From Candidatus Thorarchaeota archaeon (GTDB lineage: Archaea > Asgardarchaeota > Thorarchaeia > Thorarchaeales > Thorarchaeaceae), in contig JAWOEX010000039.1 of the NCBI GenBank assembly GCA_046482545.1, positions 64,001-128,000 on the forward strand: DNA of 64,000 bases. The letters are read 5' to 3'. Positions 1 to 8,965 of the stretch are shown piece by piece; positions within the stretch are counted from its first letter, which is position 1; the number at the start of each line of letters is the position of its first letter. The position numbers and the translations under genes are program-made. The notes below the pieces were generated by a model, which ran no database searches, was not told where the DNA came from, and was given only the letters and a program-made list of their open reading frames with translations.

Positions 1-145
1 GTCTTACGGTATCCTGTGTTAGAACAAGAGACTTCTCTCCTTTGCTTGATTTTACTCCATCTAGGATGGGGAAAAAGAGATTCAACAACAATGCTGAAAG
101 AAGAAAATAGCAAATCATGGTTGCGTCTCTGTTGCTTTTTGACAT
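1..145 (-). CDS. Partial CDS (runs off the window edge), probable secreted/membrane protein
   Basis: ATG at 145 gives MSKSNRDATMICYFLLSALLLNLFFPILDGVK..., open to position 1, with a signal-peptide-like hydrophobic stretch. Not in the ORF track. Confidence 0.5.
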   Translation of the reverse strand, partial: MSKSNRDATMICYFLLSALLLNLFFPILDGVKSSKGEKSLVLTQDTVR

Positions 146-232
146 CTGAATCACAGTTTCGTAGTTAATCATTGCTTTTTAGAAAATGCTTCTACGCATG
201 AGTTCATCGATTTCTTCAAAGAACTAGAAGGT

Positions 233-382
233 GGGCACAGCGGTGGTAAGCAACCGGCGTTGCCGCGCCACCACCTAATTTGTTTTGCACGCCGCGTTCC
301 AGGAAACCTATTCTTAGGCTCCTGCAAGACTCTAGCCGCACGCCAGAGCGAGAGTCGGCTCACGTTATAGCCCGCTGTGCCC
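233..382 (-). ncRNA. Candidate structured non-coding RNA of unknown family (~150 nt)
   Basis: Perfect 11-bp terminal inverted repeat (233-243/372-382) enclosing four internal hairpins. 91/150 = 61% GC by hand count. G-U wobbles are tolerated only on the minus strand. Confidence 0.6.
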
Positions 383-588
383 TTTATACTCGTATAGACG
401 ATAGCACAATTTGCAGTTAAATTCTTGGGTACACGCGCATAAGTACCCCGTGAATGATTGCAAGCATAGAAGCGTAAAGTATGCGTTATCAGCGACTTCT
501 TGAACGTCAAATCCGTAAGTATACGACATGACTACCTGAATCCCGGACAACAGAGTTGCAGCATCAGAAATGATGGTAATCCTGATTC

Positions 589-3243
589 CTATCTCATGGG
601 TAAGACAATTTGGAACGTGGCGCCTGTGCTCGGTGGAGTATCAACCAATTCCATTGAACCCCCCAGTCCCTCCACTATCTGTTTAGACAGATAAAGGCCC
701 ATTCCTCCACCTCTAGTCGAAGTTCCTCTTTCAAAAAGCTTGTCTCGGATTTCTTGTGCAACCCCGGGCCCGTTATCAGAGACCAAAGCCTCTACCATTC
801 CATTTTTTTCAGAAATCCTTACTCTAATTGTTGGATTCTCTTCGAGGAAAGCCAGACTATTTCTAAAGAGATTCTCAAAGACCATTGGTAGAAGACGGCT
901 TGCAGGTATTCTTGCTTCTCTAGCATTTGGTCCTACATCAATATCCATGGTGAGTCCTGGCTCTTCTTTTGTAGTTTGGGCAGCAATCGCATCAATGAGA
1001 TTGTATAAGTTTGTTTCTACTGATTCCGCGGGACTACTCAAAGTGGTCAGCAGGCTATTCATTCGCTCGCAAACAGCGTCAGCTGATGAAATAGTCTTCT
1101 TGACCGCTTCATCACTATCCGTCAATAGCATCCTCAGAATATCAAAATTTCCTAGTATTGCACTAAGATCGTTCTTCAGATCATGATGCAAAAGTGAAGC
1201 ATATAACTCAAGATCGCGCTGCTGTTCATCCCTCCTTTGCTGGGTACGTCGATGCTTTATGTGGTCACCAATTTGTAAAGCCATCGCAGATAGGAGATTA
1301 ATCTCTTCAGCTAAGAATGGTCCATGATCTGATTCAGACCTCATCTCCAGATAACAAACCTCGAGAAGCCCTATTCTTTCTCCTTTGCACCAAATATCCT
1401 CGGTCAATGTCCATTCAGTTTTTTCGAAATTGGACGTAGTGTATTCATTTCCTTCAATTATGATTCGGACACATGCTACACTCGGATATTGAAAAGCATC
1501 TCTTACAACTTGAGTAACAGATTGCATTGCTTCGGAAAGGGGAATGTCAATCTTATTTGAAAGATTTGCCATTGCATATAACGCCTTCATCTCCTTCATA
1601 CGTTCACGAAGCTCATGTGTTGTTTCTCTAAGCACACGTTCGGCTTCCCTTCTCTCAGTAACATCAACAAAAACACCTATCGATCCATTAGTATTTCCAG
1701 CAGCATCGAGCCTAGGAGCTGCCGTCAGATGAACATCCCTCTTCTCGCCGCTCGAATGAATAATCTGAATCTCATAAGAGGATTCAACGCCTTTTCCCCT
1801 TCTTCGGGTTCCCGCAGAAATCCGGGCTGTATATTCAGGAGCTACGTAATCCAGTAGCGAGGTTCCAACGAGTTGTTCTGGGTCATATCCAAATATCTCT
1901 CCCAAGGCCTCATTGGCTAGCTCAATTCGTTCATCCAAGCCCGCAATCGCGACACCTTCAGGTAGCACTTCAATCAAACGCCGATATCGTTCCTTGCTGG
2001 CACGCAGTGCCTCCTCTATACTCTTTTGGGCAGAGATATCAACAAAGCTTTCAAGAAGGTATTCGTGTTCCCTTAGAGTAATACGAGTAACTGTCTTCAG
2101 AATTGGTATTCTCCGTCCATCTTTAGTTCGACATACCCGTTCAGAATTGTCCATAGTTTGACCCAAATCAGTAATTGGGCATTCATTCTCTTGAGCCACA
2201 CATAAGCAATTGGTGCATAGTTCGCCCTCGAGTTCGTCCTTACTGTAACCAGTAATATCAGATACAGCAGAGTTGATTTTGATAATCCGTTTGGTTAGAG
2301 GATCGACCAACACCAATCCCGCTGAAATTGATTCAAGTATCTTTCTAAGTTGTTTCTCACTTTCTTTGAGCTTCTTTTCTGCCCTCTTTCTGGCTGTGAT
2401 ATCTATTGATATCCCTACAACTCCAGTAACATTGCCCTGTTCGTCCTGAAATGGAATTTTGCTTGTACTAACCCACCGCTTTTCGCCCTCTACTGTCCAT
2501 GGCTCCACCACGTTTAGCTTCGGTTCCCCGCTTTCAATCACCTCTAAATCATCCTGAAGATACGAATCGGCTTGCTCTTCAGGATATAGGTCAAAGGTGG
2601 ACATACCTTGAAGATTTTCTTTTGACATCCCATGGGCTTCAGCAAGATATTCATTTACACGAATAAACCGCCCCCGTTTATCCTTGTAATAGACAAGAGC
2701 AGGGATGGCATCAAGGATTCTCTCAAATTCATGACTAAGCTCTCTATACTCGTTCTCAGATTGTCGCAGTCTCATTTCGAGTTCTTTCTGCTGAGATATA
2801 TCTAACAACTGTATAAGATATCCTATTTCTTCACCTGTTCGTGGAGATGTCAGGAGAGCCATTCCAGTCTCTACAAAGGCGACATCTGTTCTCGTAGTTG
2901 GGTAAAGTCCAAGAGCTCTAACTTTTTGAAAATCGATTTCAGATTGGTATCGGATGCTTTCTCCATTGCGCAATCGATCCTTCATGTCCTGAGACATGTT
3001 TGGATCTGAAAAGATGTTGAACCCCCGCAAATCTTTGAAAGAAGAAACTCCTGCAAATTCCATCAGGGCGTCGTTAGCAGCGATAATATTCCCATCCAAA
3101 TCAAAAACATTCGTCGGAATCGGAGTTCGTTTGAATACAGAGTGCAGCCATTCAAATTCTACGAGTTTTCCTTCTGAGTTCTCTGTGCTTGAATTCCTTG
3201 GTTTTGTGTCATTTTCATCGGAATTGGAGTTATCTTCACCCAT
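589..3243 (-). CDS. Cytoplasmic multi-PAS sensor histidine kinase (4 PAS/PAC + GAF-like + HisKA + HATPase_c)
   Basis: Repeated PAS/PAC ends (DISQQK, DITARK, DISAQK, DVTERR), H-box HHDLKNDL, N-box ENLFRNS, DNGPG, GMGLYL. Start taken at MGEDN (ORF track extends to 3276). Confidence 0.92.
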   Translation of the reverse strand: MGEDNSNSDENDTKPRNSSTENSEGKLVEFEWLHSVFKRTPIPTNVFDLDGNIIAANDALMEFAGVSSFKDLRGFNIFSDPNMSQDMKDRLRNGESIRYQSEIDFQKVRALGLYPTTRTDVAFVETGMALLTSPRTGEEIGYLIQLLDISQQKELEMRLRQSENEYRELSHEFERILDAIPALVYYKDKRGRFIRVNEYLAEAHGMSKENLQGMSTFDLYPEEQADSYLQDDLEVIESGEPKLNVVEPWTVEGEKRWVSTSKIPFQDEQGNVTGVVGISIDITARKRAEKKLKESEKQLRKILESISAGLVLVDPLTKRIIKINSAVSDITGYSKDELEGELCTNCLCVAQENECPITDLGQTMDNSERVCRTKDGRRIPILKTVTRITLREHEYLLESFVDISAQKSIEEALRASKERYRRLIEVLPEGVAIAGLDERIELANEALGEIFGYDPEQLVGTSLLDYVAPEYTARISAGTRRRGKGVESSYEIQIIHSSGEKRDVHLTAAPRLDAAGNTNGSIGVFVDVTERREAERVLRETTHELRERMKEMKALYAMANLSNKIDIPLSEAMQSVTQVVRDAFQYPSVACVRIIIEGNEYTTSNFEKTEWTLTEDIWCKGERIGLLEVCYLEMRSESDHGPFLAEEINLLSAMALQIGDHIKHRRTQQRRDEQQRDLELYASLLHHDLKNDLSAILGNFDILRMLLTDSDEAVKKTISSADAVCERMNSLLTTLSSPAESVETNLYNLIDAIAAQTTKEEPGLTMDIDVGPNAREARIPASRLLPMVFENLFRNSLAFLEENPTIRVRISEKNGMVEALVSDNGPGVAQEIRDKLFERGTSTRGGGMGLYLSKQIVEGLGGSMELVDTPPSTGATFQIVLPMR

Positions 3244-3775
3244 GGTACAAAACCTCTCAATCGCTGCTTCAGCCAAGATTTCTCGGTTATGAAAGGAACT
3301 AATCTGGAACTAGATTATGGGAACATCCCATAAGGTTCTATCTATACAATATTGGCAGGTGGTAGGAACTCTAGGAACATCATTCATACAAGGCATGGCC
3401 CGAAGTGTACAGGCACAAAACCATAGAAAAAACCTTGTGTGGTCAGAGACCCTGTGCAAAAAGTCATACCAAGATAGCGGAGTGATTCATATTATTGTTC
3501 CTGATTGTCAATATCCGTGCGTGTGAATAGCCAATTGACAGCTCATTTGAGCTTCTCACAACAATTCCGCCTACTTTTTCCACAGAGCTTATTTTTTCTT
3601 TTCTTTGGTCTTGAAGACCGATTATGAGCATTCGTTATGGTCTCTCTGCCGCCCTGGCCATTTTGGAAAAGAAACACCGATGTAAGAGATTAATGTCGCG
3701 CTCTTGCGAACCGCTAAAGCACTTATCTCTAAAGATGTCAGTTGTTAGTAGACTATGAGTAGAAATTCAAAACAA

Positions 3776-4246
3776 TCACAGAAATCTTTCTTCCGCTTCC
3801 ACTGTAGCACAACAATAGGGACATTGGGCCTTTAGGGGTCCAACCCATTCAATGTTCTCCTCATTCAGATTAGCCCCACACTCTGGACATTTCAGAGGAA
3901 CTTGATACACAATTCTTTCTCCAGAAGATGTTTTCTTCCGGCCGACAAAATGTTCAGTACTTTCGGTGCTTGCTGAACCAAAAACAGAAGGCGCTTGCAT
4001 TGAATCACCAGTGTCGACCATAAGACTTGCTATACCCAAAAGCAATCCAAGTGTTCCAATGCCAATGGAAACAAACAAGAATATTACCGGTGCACCTATA
4101 TTGAAAGCAGTAATGCCGGCCCCGAGCCCCACAAGGAAGAAGAAAACGGAAAAGCAACCCGTAACAGTCTTCTCAGTTCCCGATCTACTCATCAGGAGCG
4201 CCTCCAACCCGGTTGATTCTTTTGCGGTAATATGAGTTTCGCTCAT
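3776..4246 (-). CDS. Two-TM membrane protein with C-terminal zinc ribbon
   Basis: Two hydrophobic helices; CPEC...CPYC motif. Confidence 0.8.
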   Translation of the reverse strand: MSETHITAKESTGLEALLMSRSGTEKTVTGCFSVFFFLVGLGAGITAFNIGAPVIFLFVSIGIGTLGLLLGIASLMVDTGDSMQAPSVFGSASTESTEHFVGRKKTSSGERIVYQVPLKCPECGANLNEENIEWVGPLKAQCPYCCATVEAEERFL

Positions 4247-4552
4247 GTTTCATCTTCAACCGCAAACTTGGTTATCATAGTCTGCCCAAGGTTCTTCTTT
4301 TGTTACCTGTATTTCACATCACTAAAGACTATGAAAAGAATAGCAGGATATTTTCGCACCTGCTGGTGCTCAAGACATCGCAAAATAGTTAATATTACCA
4401 ACTATCACGGATGCCGTATAGCGCCGGTCAACAACAGACAGAGACTACGTCAACGACATTACACAAAAATGCAGCAAAACCAATAATAGCCGAGTATTTG
4501 GTCCCCCCAAGACACAAGGAAGGCGACCGGCGCACCTTTTTTGGGAGGTTTA

Positions 4553-4795
4553 CTAGGCATTCACAGAGGAGTTTTCCAAAGCCCCGCTGAATGCAACTCG
4601 ATTTTCAATTGCTCCTTGATTGCTTATGGAAAAGAACAAGTCTTCTAGGGTATCTTCATCAATGGTACCTTCGCCAATTTCATCCGATCTCATTTGGGTC
4701 AAGACTCTGAAGAAGGCCGACAGTAGGTCCGATGGGTAATCAAATTTTATCCTGGTTGAATAGAGCTGCAACCCTGAGCAAGTCTCAGGATTCAC
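4553..4795 (-). pseudogene. Possible remnant resembling the C-terminus of an ABC-2 ATPase
   Basis: ...IGEGTIDEDTLEDLFFSI resembles the terminal 'sLEDvF' motif of DrrA-type ATPases. No Walker motifs. Confidence 0.25.
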
Positions 4796-5984
4796 TCTTC
4801 AAATCCATTTCTTCACCGTTGATGAAAACCCGCTCAACCTCGCTATAGAATTCAAATGGGTGATTGGACCAAACAACAATGTCAGCATCCTTACCGGGTT
4901 CAAGCGAACCCACTTGGTCTTCCAGCCCAAGCATCTCAGCAGGATTGATAGTCACACACCGAAGTGCATCCTCTCTGCTCATGCCTTGCTTTATGACATG
5001 CATCGGCAGAAGTGGGAAGAAATTCATCGGGGTGAGTGAATCAGTCTGGAGGGCAACCTTAACTCCAGCTTCATCGAGTTTCACTGCAGTCTCAAATCCG
5101 CGCTCTCTCGTCTCCGGTTTGCTAACCCAGTACATTGTCGGGCCAACTACTGCTGAAACGTCGTTTTCCGCAAGAAAGCTTGCTATCTTATGACCTTCGG
5201 TGCAGTGAATGATAACCACCCTGAGATTGAATTCCTTCGCCACCCGTACCACTGTAGCAATATCATCCGCTCTATGGGCATGAGCATGAAGCGGAATCTC
5301 ACGCTTCAAGACCTTCACGAGCGTTTCTTTTCCTAAATCACGGTTAGGAGGCTTTGGCAGGGCTTCGCCCTTCTCTTTGGCTTCCTTCCTCTTGGCACCG
5401 TAGGCCTTCCATTCGTCCATATAATTTCGTGCTTCAGTAAACGTTTTTCGAAGTGTCGCCGCAACACCCATCCGTGTTGAAGGCATCCGATCATGCTCTT
5501 TTCCATGTGCACGCTTTGGGTTTTCTCCCATAGCTATCTTTAAGCCTGATGGAGCCAGAGTTACCATATTATCGACTACTGCGTCACCGGTTGGTTTGAA
5601 AACAAAGGCTTCTCCAGAAACTACGTTTGCGGAGCCCGGGCCTGTGTTTATACTGGTAACACCACCTTTCACAACTTCCGAAAGGCTTGGTTCATCAGGA
5701 TTGAATGAATCAATGCCTCTTACTTCTGGTGTTACGGGTTCGGTCGCTTCGTTTCCGTCAGATCCAGCCCATCCGATGCTACCGTCAAACATGCCTTGAT
5801 GAGCATGAGCTTCGACGAAGCCAGGAAGGATGTATTTTCCTTCGACATCCGTAACCTCTGCATCTTCAGGAATATCCACATCAGCACCAACTTCGCATAT
5901 CTTACCTTTCTCAAATAGAACTGTGCCGTTCTCGATGAGCCCATTCACTGGACAAAGAATCGTACCATTAACTAAGGCTTTCAA
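4785..5984 (-). CDS. Metal-dependent amidohydrolase (amidohydro_1 family)
   Basis: ILPGFVEAHAH, LKIAMGENPK, HAHRADD, IIHCTEG, GSLEPGKDADIV; GGAGG SD upstream of TTG. Confidence 0.92.
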   Translation of the reverse strand: MKALVNGTILCPVNGLIENGTVLFEKGKICEVGADVDIPEDAEVTDVEGKYILPGFVEAHAHQGMFDGSIGWAGSDGNEATEPVTPEVRGIDSFNPDEPSLSEVVKGGVTSINTGPGSANVVSGEAFVFKPTGDAVVDNMVTLAPSGLKIAMGENPKRAHGKEHDRMPSTRMGVAATLRKTFTEARNYMDEWKAYGAKRKEAKEKGEALPKPPNRDLGKETLVKVLKREIPLHAHAHRADDIATVVRVAKEFNLRVVIIHCTEGHKIASFLAENDVSAVVGPTMYWVSKPETRERGFETAVKLDEAGVKVALQTDSLTPMNFFPLLPMHVIKQGMSREDALRCVTINPAEMLGLEDQVGSLEPGKDADIVVWSNHPFEFYSEVERVFINGEEMDLKSES

Positions 5985-6096
5985 GACTTTACCTCCGATA
6001 CTGATTCAGATAGGTTCACAGGTGACAAAAATCTTCTTGTCGCACATATCATAACGATGCAACATCTTCAAATTTATTCAGTACAATCAAGGATAC

Positions 6097-7068
6097 ATGA
6101 CAGGTGGCCGTACCATAGGAGCGGTTCATGTAGGCCCAAGGTTGCTCCTGTTCAAGAACAAGGACCTGGTAGATGAAGGACATACTGATCATCTTCACTT
6201 CAATGATTCAGTTTTTTCAGTAAGAGGTGTTGCCATTGGTACAGGACAAGAAGCGGGCGTTTCGATTGGAATCAACAGACATGGGTTAACAGGATGTAGT
6301 GCCACGGTTCTTGCCACATATGCCCAGCCATACGACTACATCTTGGAAGAGATTCTTCAAAGCGCCAAGAACGTCGATGATGCATATCAGATAATCGAAG
6401 AGAAGATATCATCTGGGATGCAGTATCGATGGTGTAACATCGTGTTAGGAGATTCGAATGATGTAGCAGTCGTTGAGATTTCGGAAAATGAATGCGAATT
6501 AGAGAAAACCGATGATTATGTTGTGCGAACGAATCACCATGTTCTCCTCGGTACCTCGGATATTCTGGAATCCGCTCCTGTGGAAGAGAGAAAAGCAGGA
6601 AGGTCAATTTGGACAAGCCGACATAGGCGCCAAAGAACCGAAAGACAGTTGGGGGGCGCTCGCACAGTAGCGGGCATTACAGAGATTTTAAGCATGCATA
6701 GCGAAAGTAGAGGCTTTGATTCCATATGCAGACATGCAAATGGAAATGATTTTGGAATGCCATTCCTAGGACTGACTGTCTACAGCTATGTAGTTGATAT
6801 ATTATATCAGGATAATAGATTGCGAGATGCAGCTTTCTATGTGGCTCCGGGTAACCCGTGTGTCAACACATACAAGAAGATGGATGTAGACTTCAACGCC
6901 TCCCAAGAGGTAATCGAGAACCAATTCACCGAACAGAGAGCGAAGAGTAATGGTCTAGGACTGCATCTCGCCAAATGGATTGCTGGGATTTATAACGGAA
7001 GTATTGAGATAGCTCGTTCCGACTTGGGGGGAGCTGGTGTTGACGTTTATCTACGAAAAGCTGAGTGA
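6097..7068 (+). CDS. C45/AAT-type Ntn-hydrolase homolog lacking the Cys nucleophile, fused to a HATPase_c C-terminal fragment
   Basis: KNKD, GINRHGL, VRTNH, SICRH, GNPC motifs. Arg at the expected Cys position. Tail GLGLHLAKWIAGIYNGSIEI is histidine-kinase-like. Confidence 0.7.
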   Translation: MTGGRTIGAVHVGPRLLLFKNKDLVDEGHTDHLHFNDSVFSVRGVAIGTGQEAGVSIGINRHGLTGCSATVLATYAQPYDYILEEILQSAKNVDDAYQIIEEKISSGMQYRWCNIVLGDSNDVAVVEISENECELEKTDDYVVRTNHHVLLGTSDILESAPVEERKAGRSIWTSRHRRQRTERQLGGARTVAGITEILSMHSESRGFDSICRHANGNDFGMPFLGLTVYSYVVDILYQDNRLRDAAFYVAPGNPCVNTYKKMDVDFNASQEVIENQFTEQRAKSNGLGLHLAKWIAGIYNGSIEIARSDLGGAGVDVYLRKAE

Positions 7069-7166
7069 AGTAGCAAAATGGTATGCTCCTCGAACTGATG
7101 TAGTGACCATAGGTCCTCATAAAACGGACCTATGGACAGGCTCGCAATGATTCTCGGTCTTGATCG

Positions 7167-8171
7167 CTATAGGCTCTCTCCGACTATCTCGGTAAGATCC
7201 ACCATGCGAGTAGCGTAACCTGCTTCATTATCATACCAACCAAGCACTTTGGCCATGTTTCCTATGACTCGTGTCATGAGGGAGTCATAACTGCAGGAAT
7301 GCGGATCACCAATGAAATCAGATGAGACAAGTGGTTCATCAACGTATGCAAGATACTTGGCCAAATCCCCTGACTCTGCGGCTGTTTTGAATGCTGCATT
7401 GACAGACGCTATGTCGGTCTCCTCCTCAAGAGTAACGGTCATATCCACAACAGATGCATCCATGACAGGCACTCTCATTGCCATCGCATCGAGCTTACCT
7501 GCGGCTTTTGGATAGACCAAGTCAATAGCCTTAGCAGCGCCAGTTGTGGTTGGAATGATGTTCCAACCAGCAGCTCGAGCCCTTCTGAGGTCACCATGTG
7601 GCATATCAAGAATCCTCTGAGTCGTTGTAACTGCGTGAGTCGTTGTCATCAACCCACTTTCAATGCCAAATGCTTCATCAAGTACTTTCACAAGAGGGGC
7701 CAAACAGTTGGTGGTACAAGAAGCGTTGGATATCACATCATGCTTGTCGGGATCGTAGTCACTATCATTTACTCCCAACACAACGGTGAGCATCTCTCCA
7801 CCTTTTCCGGGTGCACTCAACAGAACCTTATCAGCACCGGCAGAAAGGTGTTTGTCGCAGTCTTTCCGCGTTCTAAATACGCCTGTCGATTCGATAACAA
7901 TGTCTATATCCATCTCTGACCAAGGCAACTGTGCTGGATTCTTTTCATTCAACATTTTGATCTCTTGGTCTTCTATTACCATCTTCTCAGCATCACTTTC
8001 AACAGAACCATCGAATTTGCCCATGACAGTATCGTACTTGAATAGATGAGCTCGTGTCTCAACATCCATTATGTCGTTGATAGCTACAATATCGAAGTCC
8101 CGTCCGATAGCTGCACGCACATAATTCCTTCCAATTCTGCCGAAACCGTTAATCGCAACTCTCGTCATCAT
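7167..8171 (-). CDS. gap: Class I (bacterial/eukaryotic-type) glyceraldehyde-3-phosphate dehydrogenase
   Basis: INGFGRIGR, ASCTTNCLAP, RRARAA, IIPTTTGAAKA, WYDNE. Confidence 0.97.
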   Translation of the reverse strand: MMTRVAINGFGRIGRNYVRAAIGRDFDIVAINDIMDVETRAHLFKYDTVMGKFDGSVESDAEKMVIEDQEIKMLNEKNPAQLPWSEMDIDIVIESTGVFRTRKDCDKHLSAGADKVLLSAPGKGGEMLTVVLGVNDSDYDPDKHDVISNASCTTNCLAPLVKVLDEAFGIESGLMTTTHAVTTTQRILDMPHGDLRRARAAGWNIIPTTTGAAKAIDLVYPKAAGKLDAMAMRVPVMDASVVDMTVTLEEETDIASVNAAFKTAAESGDLAKYLAYVDEPLVSSDFIGDPHSCSYDSLMTRVIGNMAKVLGWYDNEAGYATRMVDLTEIVGESL

Positions 8172-8303
8172 AATCTCTCAAGGTGAAGTTGGAGTACATC
8201 CGCTATATTTCTTGTGCAATCTCATCATGTCGCTAGGAAGCCGTCCCTTTTGCTGATGGGTTTCATTCAATGTCGAAAAACCCTGCAAGTCTAGCCAAAA
8301 CAC

Positions 8304-8840
8304 TCAACCAGAAAGAACATACTCGGCAGCTAGTCCGACAAGGATTACTCCCGACAGAATAAGTAGAGACCACTTCATGATTGTTGCAACACAGGCAGAA
8401 ATAATCACAAACGGAGATAGCACAGGAAAGCTTATGATTTGTGTTCCAATAAGGAAGTTTTCCAGATAATCGAAGAAGGTTTCCAAATAGGGGAGCAATG
8501 CAAGTTGTCGCCACCGAATGTCTTGTTCGTCCCGCAGACTATTCATGCGAGCAATTCCTTGAGAGAGTGTGGTACCAAAAAGGATGGGGAAAATCGCATC
8601 GAGAATTTGATGCTGGGTGTAAAGGGTTCTTCCGTCTTGCCCAAGCAAAGTGAAGAGCTGAACTGCATCTTCAAATGAGTACCATGGCCGCATATCAAGT
8701 ATTTGGAGCCCGCCTGTTATTGCCACAATACGGGACTGATAGAAAAAGCCCATCATAACCAAAACAGCTAGCGCAGCGACAAGAAAGCCGAAGAATGTCC
8801 ATATTGAAGCATATTCGTGAATTTTCTCGATGACATCCAT
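8304..8840 (-). CDS. Four-TM membrane protein of unknown function
   Basis: Hydrophobic helices with LD.R..Y, LG..GR..Y, D.IFP and FDYLEN motifs. Start at MDVIEK after GGGAA/GAGAGG. Confidence 0.75.
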   Translation of the reverse strand: MDVIEKIHEYASIWTFFGFLVAALAVLVMMGFFYQSRIVAITGGLQILDMRPWYSFEDAVQLFTLLGQDGRTLYTQHQILDAIFPILFGTTLSQGIARMNSLRDEQDIRWRQLALLPYLETFFDYLENFLIGTQIISFPVLSPFVIISACVATIMKWSLLILSGVILVGLAAEYVLSG

Positions 8841-8965
8841 TCGCAAATTCCCTCTCTCTGAACTAATGAAGCATCTCTTAAGGGGATTTCCTCTGAACCA
8901 AATAACTAAGTAGCGAGTGTAAGCTACGACAAGATACACCATTAGAATCTGAAGGATGCGTTTGC

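Noticed and set aside
233-382. tRNA, tRNA-Sec or intron-containing tRNA interpretation (stem followed by ACC)
   Set aside because: No TTCRA T-loop, no D-loop GG in position and no bulge-helix-bulge; the closing stem is 11 bp.
169-510. 113-aa ORF on the minus strand
   Set aside because: No recognisable motif, atypical Arg/Cys-rich composition, and it overlaps the structured GC-rich element, which better explains the lack of stops.
4500-4550. Two-tier hairpin (minus strand) as a SECIS element
   Set aside because: No AUGA/GA core or GAA/A motif, and no upstream gene with a credible in-frame UGA.
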